In this document: one piece after another, positions 36,414 through 48,914 of the stretch
Numbering within the stretch: the stretch's first letter is position 1
Layout of the letters: each line of letters starts with the position of its first letter
Source of the DNA: Phoronis australis
Lineage: Eukaryota; Animalia; Phoronida
Length of the DNA stretch: 54,963 bases
Assembly: GCA_002633005.1 (NCBI GenBank)
Contig: NMRA01000443.1
Span: 1-54,963, forward strand
Direction: 5' to 3'
Made by a program: the position numbers and the translations under genes
The notes under the pieces: generated by a model
Databases searched by the model: none
What the model was told of the DNA's origin: nothing
Seen by the model: only the letters and a program-made list of their open reading frames with translations

Positions 36414-38439
36414 GTCTATGTTTTCAATCGTAGCTAGCTGGATAAGAATGTGCTATGCACAAGATTTGAGAATAAGCAATAATCAGTATATTTAAAAACA
36501 AAATGGCAAACTGAACAACCACACATATACAACGGAACAACATTATTTGTTAAAAACAATTGTAATTTTACCAACGCAAGGGCTGAATTTCTGAATTGAG
36601 AGGTTTAATTCCCTGAAGGACTGCTTTTCACTTTGTCGAAAGATAAAATAGACGGTAAAGCGGCTGGTTTCAGTCATTTTCTCTCACCTGTAACAGAAGA
36701 CAAAACTATTTTCGTAAGGCAGAACTGATTTGACATTTCATCTTCATGTTTATATGTAGAAACTAATAACCTTTGTACCCAAGCCTTATTTGAGTGCTTG
36801 TCCACGAGAGAACCAGCCGTCCAGCGGCAAGATGGGGGTCAGACGGTTTTCACCAAATTTGACACATAGGTAGTCCTATGAGATCTATAAACAGTGGTAA
36901 AATATTTCCCCAAAATATTACGTTCTACCAATGTTATAGGCTTAAACACATTTTACTGCTTCGCAGCCATGTTTTCACGCTATAAAAACTGTCCAACTTT
37001 AACTGCTTATATTTTTCCTTGAATTAAAGCTATTGAACTGTTATTCACTTGACATTGTTAAGTGGTGCCTGTAGATTGTTACACAAATGTCTTGAAAAAA
37101 AGATTCGATTTACCACCCCCATTTAGTAGTTTTACTACACTGTCCCCCGTTATGTCATTTTGTTTTTATTTTCAATACGTTGTTATACCAAATCTGCACC
37201 CACTGCTATAAGACTGAAACTTGGCCAAAATGTTGAAAAAACATGTTGCTTTCATTGCCTAAAATAAAAACTTTGTCAGCCAGTTTATTACTTATACATT
37301 TTGGCACCTCAAACAGTACTAAATTGAGAAATTTTCAAATATCTGAGACCGTTGCGTGAGCACGTAAAATCAGATTGTTCTTAAATTTTTTCGATATTTT
37401 GCAACGAGTTTGTTCCTCCTGAATGTTTTGAATATTTTACTACTTACCACCCAGCATTATAGTACTCCTAGATAACATATATTGCTCATTTTTAAAAAGA
37501 CGATTATGTCCTCCCCGCTCAACAGGGTTAGACATGAACTCGTCAAATGTAGGTTATTTTGATTTACAGTTGTTATGCTTTGCAAATTCCTCATGGGTAT
37601 TTCTTCACACCTATTGAAGTCAGATTTTCTGTTGATCAAATGTTCATGCAATGCATTATGATATCAAATGAATGATAAGTTTAGTGGCATGTCCACAATT
37701 TTTCATACAACTTAAAACAAAAGGCCACGTGATATTTTCCTGACGAAATAGCGGGTTTGCAGTTCTCTAAAAACATTCGAATGACAAGACAAGCTCCACC
37801 ACTGTCCATGGTAACTCGTCATGTATATCGCCCATCGATCGTATCATTGTTTTCCTTTGTTGTGTCAATTTTGGATATAACAACACACGTCGCATGGATA
37901 TAGAACCTTGGGCGCACATCAGACCGTTGCCGAGTGCTCGTCATTATCTTAACTATAGCAACGGGAACAATGGCGATGCTAATCTATGCGACCAGGTTTC
38001 CCGTGGGTGACCACAGAAGGGGAATCCAAAAGTATCCACAAAAACTTATCATGAACCTCTGTAACTCTTACCGCGCACACGAATCCTTTCCGTGGAACCT
38101 AAATACCAATTTTTTATATCCATGTATTGTGTTGTATTGCTCATGGTCAGGTTCAGATTCGGTTGTATTAAGACATCAATCCCCACCTCTCAGTGTAATA
38201 TATAGTTGGAGTAAAATTTCTAGACAATGAATTTTATAGATTTATTATAATCTTTTAAATGAGAATGCCACCCGATTTAATTAGTCTTTTTTACCGTCTT
38301 AATCGGTCTATATCCACATCGCCTCTTATACGATCGACCTCACCTTGCCGAGAGGTGTCTCGTTAACCTCTGAGGAAGGTAAGAAACGACGCAGCGACGT
38401 CAGTGGTTCGTCTGCAAAGTTAATGCCGCTATATTGCAG

Positions 38440-38740
38440 TGCATCGTTCCCGCTTGTCCGAACTATGAGGCTGCGAAGAAAGCGGGTATATCGTTTTTTT
38501 CGACATCCTCGAGAGCCCGAAATGCTTAGGAAGTGGCTCGCTGTAGAGAAGAATGTTAATAGCAAATATGAGGCCGTGAAACATCTCCGTGTCTGTGGCT
38601 GGCATTTCGTCGACAGTGACTCTCTGAAGAATTCCGGCTTACCAAAGAACTATCCATACGTTCCGTTGTCTGTGCCTATTCACGGTGCCTCTCTAGTATT
38701 TCTTGATCAGTGTACTCCAGTTCGAACTGATAGCCTGTGA
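38440..38740 (+). pseudogene. THAP (C2CH zinc-finger) domain, frameshifted at a T7 run
   Basis: CIVPACPNYEAAKKAGISFF in one frame joins RHPREPEMLRKWL...LRVCGWHF in the next frame if one T of 38494-38500 is removed. This restores the C-x4-C, P, W, C-xx-HF signature. Confidence 0.85.
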
Positions 38741-39302
38741 AACCTAACGATCCGACCCGCGAAGTCTTCGTCGGATGACCTCTTGACTAAGTTGGGATTG
38801 GCGCCGGGCGAGTTGCCATGTACTCAGCGTTCTGTTTCAAAATGAATTATTCTCATCCTAACCAATGCTTACATGAATATAAAACTGAAACAAAGTCTGC
38901 CTCATTAGATACAATTTGTAATGTCTTTGCAGTATTCGTGAGTGCAAATGTTGAGAAGCCAGCAATGAATAAACCACTGCGTTACTGGCTTTTGATGCCG
39001 GCAATGAATAAAGATAATTGACCGGGCACCGAGGCCGTGTGAGCGCATGCTAATTCAGTATTTGCTGACAGAAAGCTGTTGTGAAACAATTAGTAGATTT
39101 TATATGCTATGGTCACATGTTAGGGGAATCTTTATTTAGAAATACAAATACTTTATTCAAATCATTGTTAATGTAGCCTTTAACCTTTGCCCTGACGGTC
39201 TGTGGAAGGAGAACACGACTTCGCGGCCCCGACAAGTAAGTTGATTTTCAGTTTCGTGGCTAATTCACGTACGTGCACATTATTTCTGTGGCTCACTATT
39301 AT

Positions 39303-39450
39303 CAGTGTTGTAGTGGGGCGTAGGCGCACGTAGGCGCAGCCAACCACATTTTGGCAGTTGAACGTAGCGCCTACGCACTGTAAGTAACGTTCAGGCGATA
39401 CGGTGGGCTTTCGTCTCCTACTTACCTCTACTTTTATCACTACAGCACTG
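39303..39450. mobile_element. hAT-type MITE (148 bp) nested in the Kolobok element
   Basis: TIR cagtgttgtagtg / cactacagcactg; perfect 8-bp TSD actattat at 39295-39302 and 39451-39458. Confidence 0.93.
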
Positions 39451-41399
39451 ACTATTATAGTCTTTTCGTGACTGGAGGTTTAGTTTCCAGCTCAAGCTGG
39501 TTTATGCTCGTGCCAGTCCCGGCGGACGCGACGGGACTGATCGCCGAAACCGGGGTTCCGAGCCACTGGCCAGGATAACGAGTCAGTCGCCGCGACGGGG
39601 CTGATCGGGTTCCAAGCCACTGGCCTGAATAACAAGCGTTTTGTGCGTTTAGAACTCAAAAAAATCACAAGTCTAAACAACACATATCTAGGTTTTCTTG
39701 TCTGTATTTCACGTAAGAATACTTCGAATTTATCTCCGAACAGACCCCAAACTCCTGCTACGGACCTTGGTAAATTGGCCTGCCAAACTTTGTAGGCTAC
39801 GGTGGGTCCAAACACCAATAAATCCGTAACAGCGAAATAAAACAACACGTTTTTATAAGAACTCGGTGTATTTTAAGGGTTTTACATCGACGTTTGGTGA
39901 TTTATTGGTGTTAAACGATTCAAGCGATAAGCTGACACTAGTAACTCGTGTTGTGAATTGCTGAACAGACTGCGTGTGAAACCAATGATGTCATTGGTTA
40001 ATTTTAATATCTCCGTCTGCCGTCAGGTGTCAGATAACGCAACCGAATGTGCCGTTATCGAGTAGTTCTACTCGATCTAAATTGATACAAAATAGGCTGG
40101 TTTTGGGTGGCATTCTCCTTTAAATGAAGAATGAATAAACGTCAAATTCTGAAATCGTTTTTCAAAAGTAATCACACATCTAAAAACTAAAACCATGTTT
40201 GACAATTTTATTCCTGGTCTCGTTTGAAAGTTGTCTACCTCACAGACAACACATCTATGTTGAAAATATTCCTTGTGAAAAGATATAAAACACCATCCAG
40301 AGGCTTGTATATTACAAAATATGTTTTCATAATAGGCTAGAATACAAAAATAACTGTACAGTCAAAAGTGCAAATGTTATGACTCTAATAAAAAGTCGAC
40401 TTCTAGATCTTTTCAACCCTACAATTGCCAAAAACCCATAAAGTCAAGGAATTACATTTAAGATGATGTAGTTTCACTGCAAAAAAAGGATTTCGCAATG
40501 TCGCTGGCAACAGTGCAAAATTTCTTCTTCTTCACTAACTTGAAGTAGCTGTGGGTACCACATCAATGTTCGTATCAAAAATAACCACCACAAAATGAAA
40601 AATTGGCTTGTCGGTTACAATTAGTCAGCATTTTTGCAATGAAATGGTCATGAAAAAAGTACTTTTACAACATGGTATGCATTACAATTGCCGTGTGATT
40701 ACAGTTGTACATGCATACTAGACCAGTTACAAAATTACTCATGGGAATCATAAAAGGGTCAATTCATCAAAAACCAGAGCTAATGTGCCAACACTTTTTA
40801 GTACTGCAACAAAACTCATTTGAATTGGACATAAACCCGCCTACTATCACATAAAATAACTTTTGATTTAGACTACTTACCATCATGGAATAGGTATTAT
40901 TTCCTGGTCACTTTTGAGCGATTTCAGAATTTCGAAAGAACTGGCACTATGCATTTGTTAGAGACCAGGCTCTATAAGATGGCTTGTTTATTAATGTGTG
41001 ATTTTATGCACACAGAATGGACTCGAAAAATAGCAAACTGTCAATTCGCTGCAATCCTAGAAATCTCTTCCCATCTGCAAACAAATTGAGAAAAGTTTAT
41101 AGAGGTAAATGGTCTAAACCAAAACTTTACCTCCAGTACGGAATGTGGCTTTACAACCCAGGCTGAAAGATAAGTGAACAAAACCAGTCTAACTGCAACA
41201 AGGGCGCAAATGTCAGTAATAGATACTCATTTACAAACAAAAATCCGGAATGGTAAATAAAATGCGGAAACATAAATTCAGATCAATTTCACAATTTCAA
41301 GGAAAAGAAGCAGTACAGTGGTCAGAAATCACAAAAACAACGTCTGAATGTGCTGGCCACACCGGCTGAGAAATCCTATCAGACCAAAAATTCAAGTGG

Positions 41400-41960
41400 C
41401 TAAACAAAAAGAATAATGTACCCATTACCATGTGGCTGCACCAACATAATCCACTGGCCCAGGATCATGATCGGTGGCTGGATAAAAATTCTATACAGGT
41501 ACATTTAGATTTGTCCTGTTCACACAGCAGTTCTGGTGCAAACAAAGCTTGCAACAATACACAGGCCTACTTCCCTACACAGCTGTGCTGACATAATAAT
41601 ACCATCACTGGATTTAGCAGATCCGCCCGAGTATTTACAGGTCCAGCCACTGTACTATTTCATCCCTTTGAATTTTTACAATGCTACATTATTGACAATC
41701 TTAAATCACAGATTGTCTCTTTCCAATTCATACTCCACTTCCTCTGTCATATCTCCCTCATCCAACTGTCCCAGTTTCCCCACAGTTGCTGAGGGTGGCC
41801 TATCTCAAAAAATTACTTTGGACCTGTTGTGGTATAAGCCAAATACTTTTTCCCCCGACTCGTTCCTCACATCTTCTGGGAGTAGACTTTTCAGCCTCTC
41901 TCTAGCCCTTCTCTTAGTTTTCCAGAAAGGTACCTTCTTGCTGGTTTTGAACTTTTTCAT
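41400..41960 (-). pseudogene. Decayed ORF, possibly the N-terminus of a Kolobok-type transposase
   Basis: MKKFKTSKKVPFWKTKRRARERLK...SATVGKLG...FKIVNNVAL...REVGLCIVASFVC with several stops; it reads inward from the Kolobok end at 42667. Confidence 0.35.
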
Positions 41961-42557
41961 ACCCAACCTTTACTAATAATCGGCAGGTCTCCAACTTCTG
42001 TAGAATCCACTTCTTCAGCATAAGCCTTTCCTGGTTCCTAAAGTTGTATTAATGAAAAAATTAAACATATTAAACTTAATGTGGCCATTTCGGCTCAGAA
42101 AATATGAATACCAAGCACTAGTTGCCGTAGCAGTGTTTATCTAATATGACGCCCTCATTCAGCAATCGGAATATAAAAAGCGCTAGATGTCACTTCATCG
42201 TCAGTCAAGCTACAAGAGAAGTCCATTCATGCCTCAGTTCACAACTGATTATCTGGAAATTTACTAACTCTCCCTTGAAGGGTCAAACTTGAAAAATAAT
42301 GTCTTCTTGATTAAAACTGTTTATATTCAAGCCGTGTAAACCGATTTGTAAAGCACTTGAGATTTTTCGGACCCCCCTTTTCCAAAAAAGTCCACATGGG
42401 AGTTTTCTCGGTGGGCCTTTTTCGGGAATCTCCGATAGTCGCATTCAACTTTATTTCAGGTTCAGGCGCATGCGCTTAGTACGTGCAAAACCGATTTGAG
42501 CAACAAACGCCTTATTTCGAACACAGGAGCATACATTGTCAGTAGCAAACACGGCAC

Positions 42558-42671
42558 CTCCGTCTGCCGTCAGGTGTCAGGTAATGCAACCGTACGTTTC
42601 GTTTTGGAGTAGAACTACTCGATCTAAATTGATACAAATTAGGTTGTTTTTTGGGTGGCAAGCTCCTTTAA
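42558..42671 (+). mobile_element. Second Kolobok right end followed by TTAA
   Basis: ctccgtctgccgtcaggtgtcag...ctactcgatctaaattgatacaaa...ttgggtggcaagctcct-ttaa is a diverged direct copy of 40012-40123. Confidence 0.85.
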
Positions 42672-44882
42672 GATGAAAGGCTAAACATCATTAAGCTTGG
42701 AAAAAAGCAACAGTTCATTCCACCGTCGTGTGGTCCCAAAACGATGCAGAGAGTGACCTCCTTCAACATGAAAGCACGATTTCACAAAAAAAACAGGAAA
42801 ATAGAAGTAATCGATTCCAACATTGGGCCCTCTCTCCGTGAGCCGCCCCGTAAGAACATGTCAATAAAAACAAAAAAGGTGGCCACTTGAATGTCATCAA
42901 TGGCCTCCTAAATATGAAAATATCTATATTTTCAAATATCAGGAAATGTGCAGCATTTGATGTTATCTGTTAGGTCATCAATTTTTCTCAAGTGATATAC
43001 AGTTTCGAGAAAAAATAAAGCGAAAGTTGTCTCCGTTGTCCCTTGCCAGAGAGGGGCCTCTGGAAAAAATATAGTTTTGCAGTCGCAAAATTGACTTATT
43101 GAATTTAAACAATCAGTAAATTAGTACGCTCCGCAAAAGCTTCGCTTCACAAATTTTCTCGATTCTTCGAAATATTTGTGTACATTTAGACGACCTGTGC
43201 TGCAACGACAGTGTCTTAGTCAGGGTCCTCAAAAGGTTAACCATGCACTGATGCAGATTTGTTAAATGTCCTCTTGAATTTTGTCTCTTATCCGTTTTTC
43301 GAAGTCTTAATTCTTTTCTCGAGTGTCCCCTGCACCACGCCTATGTCGGTTACCATGGTTTAACCCAGACGCCTGAAAATGCCCCCTCCCGGCCCCCGCT
43401 TACTACGGCCCTGGAACTGTATGAAATTTTCTGAAACATTCAAATTTCCTGATTGTTGATACTTTTTTCTGCATAATGCATAAAAAGTTTCATATCTAGC
43501 GTGCGAAATTATGTTTCCACGACATTATTTAACGTTTGATTTTACCACGCCTTCAGTAATTCAACATGAAATTTACTTTGGTGTAATTTCACGCAATTCA
43601 TATTTGTACATGTAGGTTGATTCGATTTTACCGCCTTTCAATAGTTGAACAAAAGTTGATAAACCGATGTCAAGACCGGAGTGGTCACTGTTGAACGAAC
43701 AGCGAACAGTTAAATGTTTGTTTGGCCAAAGTTCAGTCGCTAAAAGTAATAAAATGGTAATTGCCGACCGAGGACACGCATAATCCGAATTGTCGTCTAC
43801 GCTAGGCGACCACTTTGCCGACCCAAGTGCCGACCGTAGAGGCGACTCAGCAGACGGCTCCAGTAGCAGACCATTGTTGGTCGGCTGCTGGTCGGCTAGA
43901 CGGCCGGTCGTCGACCTGTCCTCGACCAATTTCCGACCGGTCGGCAGACTTGCCAAGGGGGTATAACAACTTTGCTGGAGGTTGGTTGAAATTTTGCTCG
44001 AGATTGGAGGAATTTGGTCAAATTTTGCTTGAGGTTCCTGGCGATATCTCCACTAACTATCAAACTTTATGTATCCTAAAATATAAGACTTAAGTAGTCA
44101 TATTACATTAATAATTTTTCTTTCATGAAAACGATGTTACATCGTAGAAAACTAGGTTTTTGAAAATTTACGACCAAAAATTCATTTTGCGTGAGATAGC
44201 TTAAGGCTCGCGTGAGTGCGTGAGGCAGTGGCCAAATGCGTGAGACTCACACGAGATGCGTGAGACTTGACACGTCTGCCGGTCGGACAAAAATTCGTGA
44301 TGAGCGCTGTAAGTGTGGTGACCTATTTTTGTGGCAACCGTGGCTGTTTGTAAACACTCTGCCACTTCCTGTAGGCAAGGCAAGTTTTAACTGGAAATTT
44401 AGGGACCACTCAGATTTTTCAGGTTAGCGAAAAGACGAGCTGGTCGGCACCCATTTTCTTCCCAAATTTTGAGTGATTTTGCATTTTGAGTGTGTTTTCT
44501 GCTGGTGCCTAGTATAGTTGCATGCAAGTCGTGGTTTTGGTGTTGAAAATTGACAATTTTGTGTATTTTGCTCGTTTTTTGTCATCCTCGGCTGGGTTTG
44601 CTGTAAACTTTGAATGCAGGCTTTTATAGTGAAGGCAAACGTCATGTATGGTCAGCAGCTGCACGTGTTTCATATTTTGTGATTTTGTTGTAGAAAAGAA
44701 ATTAAGCGCTTTCTTTCAATCCACACTGCCTGGGAAGGCCACATATATTGCGCATGCTCGAAAAATGGCGGCAGCCTTTTAAATTCGCTCCTGATCAATG
44801 GATGATTCTGAATGGCAAATTGTACGTAAACGTAAACCAAGCAAGGACAGTAGCCAGTTAAGGTCAACTATGAACCGTACAG

Positions 44883-45647
44883 GTGATAAAGGTAGCAAAA
44901 AGTCAAATTCTCAACCTACAATTAGTGAAGCTATATCAAGCATGCCGACCTCCCCAGCTCCATCATCAAGGTGAGATATCTGAACTCATATTGAAAGAAA
45001 TCCGAGATCTAAAGTCTGCACAAGATGGGCTTAGAAAAACGTTTGAATCCAAAATGGATAAAATACGCAATGAGATTACAAATTCAATTGATATCAAGCT
45101 AAAATCCTTCAAGGCGGATATTGATATGGATTTTGCACGTCTTGAAAACCGCGTCAACGCATTGGAGAAGCATTACACGCATGGTTCAGATTTAGTCATT
45201 CAGAACGACCCTTTGAAAAACAATGACTTGTGTATTATCGCATCAGGCATTGTCAACGCAACCCGACCTTTACGCGAAGTGATTGAGGAATTGTTATGTA
45301 GCATGGGCCTGTCTTCAGATGTGACCTTACTGGACTGCACCCGTCTGAATGCTCGACAGGGGGATACTAGACCTCCCTTGGTCAAATTTGCGGTTGAGTC
45401 ACTGGCTCAAAAAATTCTAGTGTTGCGGAACAAGCAAAAGTTAAAGGGCACGCCTATATTTCAACGAGTTTTTCTTCGTGGAAGCAAATCTCACACGGAC
45501 AGGTTAATTGAAATCAATTTCAAAACAATCATTGAAACTTTGCCGAACAACAAGGAATTCAAGATCCGCTCAAATGGTCGAATTGTGAAAGTGGCCACAA
45601 GTGAGGAGGCTGACTCGGGAAACAAAACAAGTCGTGATGCAGAATAG
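44883..45647 (+). CDS. LINE ORF1-like protein (coiled coil plus RRM/CTD-like region); start codon uncertain
   Basis: 254 open codons with heptad-like segments (LILKEIRDLK..., FARLENRVNALEK), RPPLVKF and VFLRGSKSHTDRL; lies directly upstream of an AP-endonuclease. Confidence 0.75.
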   Translation: MIKVAKSQILNLQLVKLYQACRPPQLHHQGEISELILKEIRDLKSAQDGLRKTFESKMDKIRNEITNSIDIKLKSFKADIDMDFARLENRVNALEKHYTHGSDLVIQNDPLKNNDLCIIASGIVNATRPLREVIEELLCSMGLSSDVTLLDCTRLNARQGDTRPPLVKFAVESLAQKILVLRNKQKLKGTPIFQRVFLRGSKSHTDRLIEINFKTIIETLPNNKEFKIRSNGRIVKVATSEEADSGNKTSRDAE

Positions 45648-46435
45648 GACAGCGTTTTGAGGATTTGCGAGGCCAATGTCGGTGGTTGGACTAGCAACAG
45701 TTCATTGCTTCATGAACAATTGCTGTCTTCATTCAACGCCCACATCATAGGGGTGGTAGAAGCTCATTTGTATGCAAACAAATCTATTACTTTGCCTGGT
45801 TATTGTTGGTACGGACATAATAGGTAGCTTATAAACAAGCGGGCCCCAAGAGGTTCAGGTGGGGTGGGAATATTTGTTAAAAATGATTTGTTTAAAACAT
45901 TTAAAATCGATATTGTTGACAAGTCGTGTGATGGTATATTAGCTTTAAGACTAACTCATATACGCTCAGACTATTGTATAATTGTATTTTGTTGCTACTT
46001 ACCACCTGAGAATTCTTCAAAGGGTTGTGATGCGGATAGTTTCTAATAGCCATCTATTATGCCAGTTATATTTACATGCAGAAATAGCAGATGACGTTGT
46101 TATATGTCGAGATTTTAACTCGAGAGTGGGTAACTTGAATGATTACAGTACATTCCAGATGTTGATTGTCAAGTAAATAAACGAGTCGTAATTGATAAAG
46201 CTGTAAATAGTCATGGTAGAAGTTTGATTGATTTTTGTTAGGGTCTAAAACTTGCATAGTAAATGGTAGGAAAGAGATAAGTAAAGATAACTTCACCTCA
46301 GTAAGTCATAGAGGAAGAGCGGTTGTAGATTACTTTATGGTCCCCCATGAGTCGCTGCAGTCTTGTCATAAAATTGAGGTCCATGCCTGTACAGAGGTAG
46401 TTGACAAACATCATTTACAGGGTGTTGTCGGAAAA
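45648..46435 (+). pseudogene. LINE ORF2 apurinic-like endonuclease domain, disrupted and 3'-truncated (no reverse transcriptase)
   Basis: Motifs in order: LRICEANVGG, IGVVEAHL, GSGGVGIFVK, CYLPP, ICRDFNSRVG, NSHGRSLIDF, IVNGR, FTSVSHRGRAVVDY; internal TAG and frameshifts. Confidence 0.9.
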
Positions 46436-47386
46436 GTCAAAATTGCTCTCAAATATTCCAAAATAACTTGAAAGGTCTAGCGAAATTCATTCAAGACGCT
46501 TTGCAGGTTAGAAGTAATTGTTTGTTTGTAAACTAGTCTGAAGTGGTCATATTTGAGCTTGTGCAATTTGTTATGTAATGGTTTAATTATTATTAGGTGA
46601 CTGAGTAAGCCCATTGAGGCTGGGGGGTGTGGTGAATAATCTGCCTTTGATATTGTAATTACTGGTACCCTTATGTCACTATAATAAATAAATACACACA
46701 CATGAGGGAAAATCAACAAGTTGTTGAGTGCCCCCTTACAGCCTTCTTTTACACAGCCAAAGTGTATTACGCAGTTTCTGATTTGTTGAATATGACTCCA
46801 CCGATCCAGCAGCCAGTCACATTGCGCGTAACAGCTAAGACTCGGCAAAGCCGAGTAAAATGGCCACGTCTTTGTTGCATTGGGGTTTTCAGGTTTTCAA
46901 AATTTATACGAGAAAGTTTTTTCCAAAAATTATCTGCTGGAAAAACTTAATTGCAAGGATGTGTAAAAATATCATGAGGGCCAATATTCCTAAGAGAATA
47001 CTTCGATGTCTGTTCCCAAAGTCTATATTTTTTTAAATTTTCTTAAATAAATTTACTTCTCAAACTTTTGAAAATAAAAACCCAAATAAAACCTTACTTA
47101 TGTTTGTGTCACTTTTTACATAACGTTTCACTGGGAGCCATTCACGTATGAAACATTCTTGCTCTGCACGTGCGACGTGGCCTTTGTGGATACCGTGGGA
47201 CGAGACCAGGGGTGCGTTCCACAGAACCAATACATTCTCGAGTAAACCACCACTGGTGCTGTTCGGGCCTCGTTTTGCAGAGAAATTAATATTGATACGT
47301 CCTATATTAAGACTGACCTATTATCGGCGAGAAAAGTAATATTTCTGAAATGAGCTACATCGAGAATGAAATGCATTACCCCCAAG

Positions 47387-47697
47387 CTCTGCCACTGAGC
47401 TACAGTGAAGATCCACTACCATCACGCTCTGCCACTGAGCTACAGTGTAGATCCACTACCCTCACGCTCTGCCACTGAGCTACAGTGTAGATCCACTACC
47501 CTCGCGCTCTGCCACTGAGCTACAGTGTCGATCCACGACCCTCACGCTCTGCCACTGAGCTACAATGTAGATACACTACCCTCACGCTCTGCCGCTGAGC
47601 CACAGTGCAGATCCACTACCCTCACGCTCCGCCGCTGAGCTACACTGTTGATCCACTACCCTCAAGCTCTGCCGCTGAGCTACAGTGCAGACCCACT
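47387..47697 (-). repeat. 40-bp minisatellite x ~8 built from a tRNA A-box/D-arm sequence
   Basis: Unit ctctgccactgagctacagtgtagatccactaccctcacg at an exact 40-bp period; the reverse complement contains GTAGCTCAGTGGCAGAGC. Confidence 0.95.
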
Positions 47698-48914
47698 CGC
47701 TTAATGACAGAGTATTTTATGTAAATGTCTGACAGAAAACATCGAAAATTTGAGATTAATAATTATCCGCAATAACACAATTTATTTTGTTGCTTGACAT
47801 CACAGATCAGCGTCAAGAACTTCTTTCAAATCCGACAATGATCCCAGTCACACCGGCCCTTCGTTCATTACACACGTCTTGTCTATACACGTCAGATATT
47901 GAGTTGTTTTATACTCGTTTGATTTATAGGCTAAATGATATTTTTATACTTAGACCACATCACTCAAATAAAACACAGAGAACTTGAGATACTTATTGGC
48001 AAATAGTATCTTGCACAGGTATTTGAAACCGTGTTAAGTGAAGTAATAAAAATTAGAAAATATAGACATTGGCTGTGGAAACAAATCCTTAGCTTAGTAC
48101 TGTAGTAAGCGTGGTGAAAATAAACAAGATTTCTATTGTATAATTATATAATATGTAATGAGTAATAATATATAGTATTGTGCGGCACACTTAGCCCTTT
48201 TTGTTATATTCACCCGCGGTATTCGCTCCTGCGATTTCGCTACATGTTGAAATGGGCACTACATCTACATTGAATTTTGTGGAAACTTTTCATTCATTCC
48301 CAATGAACGCCTCCTTTATTCGTTTCACGCATCACCTAAAAGCTGCTCTGTTTGGTAAACTGCGTAAGTACGCTATTCGGCCATCGTCAATTACGATCAA
48401 CAGGCAACCGCTGATTAGACTCGTTCGAGAACAAAATATTGTCTTCATTGTATTATCAATCATACGCACCTATTTACCAATTCACAAATTACCCGTGGCA
48501 GGTTGTTTTAACTTGCATTGTGATTGACAATTGTCTCTGTCGTTAGGCGATCGTGAATGGATGTCAAGGCAATCCTGATTGGCCAATTAAATCGCCTTAT
48601 TTTTCATTCCATTCCATTTCAATTGTAAAAATAGTTCTTAAAGGTTCGACTTGGGCATCAGTTTTGGAAAACCAGCGTTATCATTCAGCACCTAGATTAA
48701 TCACAATCGAGTAACAGGACAAAACTGCCAAAGGGACGCGTTGTTTGAAAAGACTGGCGGTGAAAGGTAGACATGTATATGGAATTAGCCATCGGGACAT
48801 TATATAATTTTAAAAGAAACTAGGTTGCACGCACACGTAATTGTCGAAGTGTGCACCGCATTCGTATTCATTGCGAAAACAGATGGACTCGGTGTATGCG
48901 TAAGGACGATTAAG

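Larger units (their letters stand above)
38259..40119 (+). mobile_element. Kolobok-type DNA transposon (1861 bp, defective)
   Basis: TTAA flanks at 38255-38258 and 40120-40123; TIR atgagaatgccaccc / gggtggcattctcct (14/15); contains a THAP relic and a nested hAT MITE. Confidence 0.85.
44749..46435 (+). mobile_element. 5' portion of a non-LTR retrotransposon (CR1/L2-group-like)
   Basis: ORF1 plus endonuclease; NRF1-like tgcgcatgc and YY1-like aaaatggcggc motifs near the presumed 5' end. Confidence 0.85.

Noticed and set aside
33186-38740. YqaJ relic and THAP relic as one ISL2EU element
   Set aside because: The THAP lies inside its own TTAA/TIR-bounded Kolobok element, the YqaJ relic is outside it, and I found no shared termini.
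47387-47697. CRISPR-like periodic array
   Set aside because: The whole 40-bp unit repeats with no unique spacers, there are no cas genes, and the context is a spliced eukaryotic genome.
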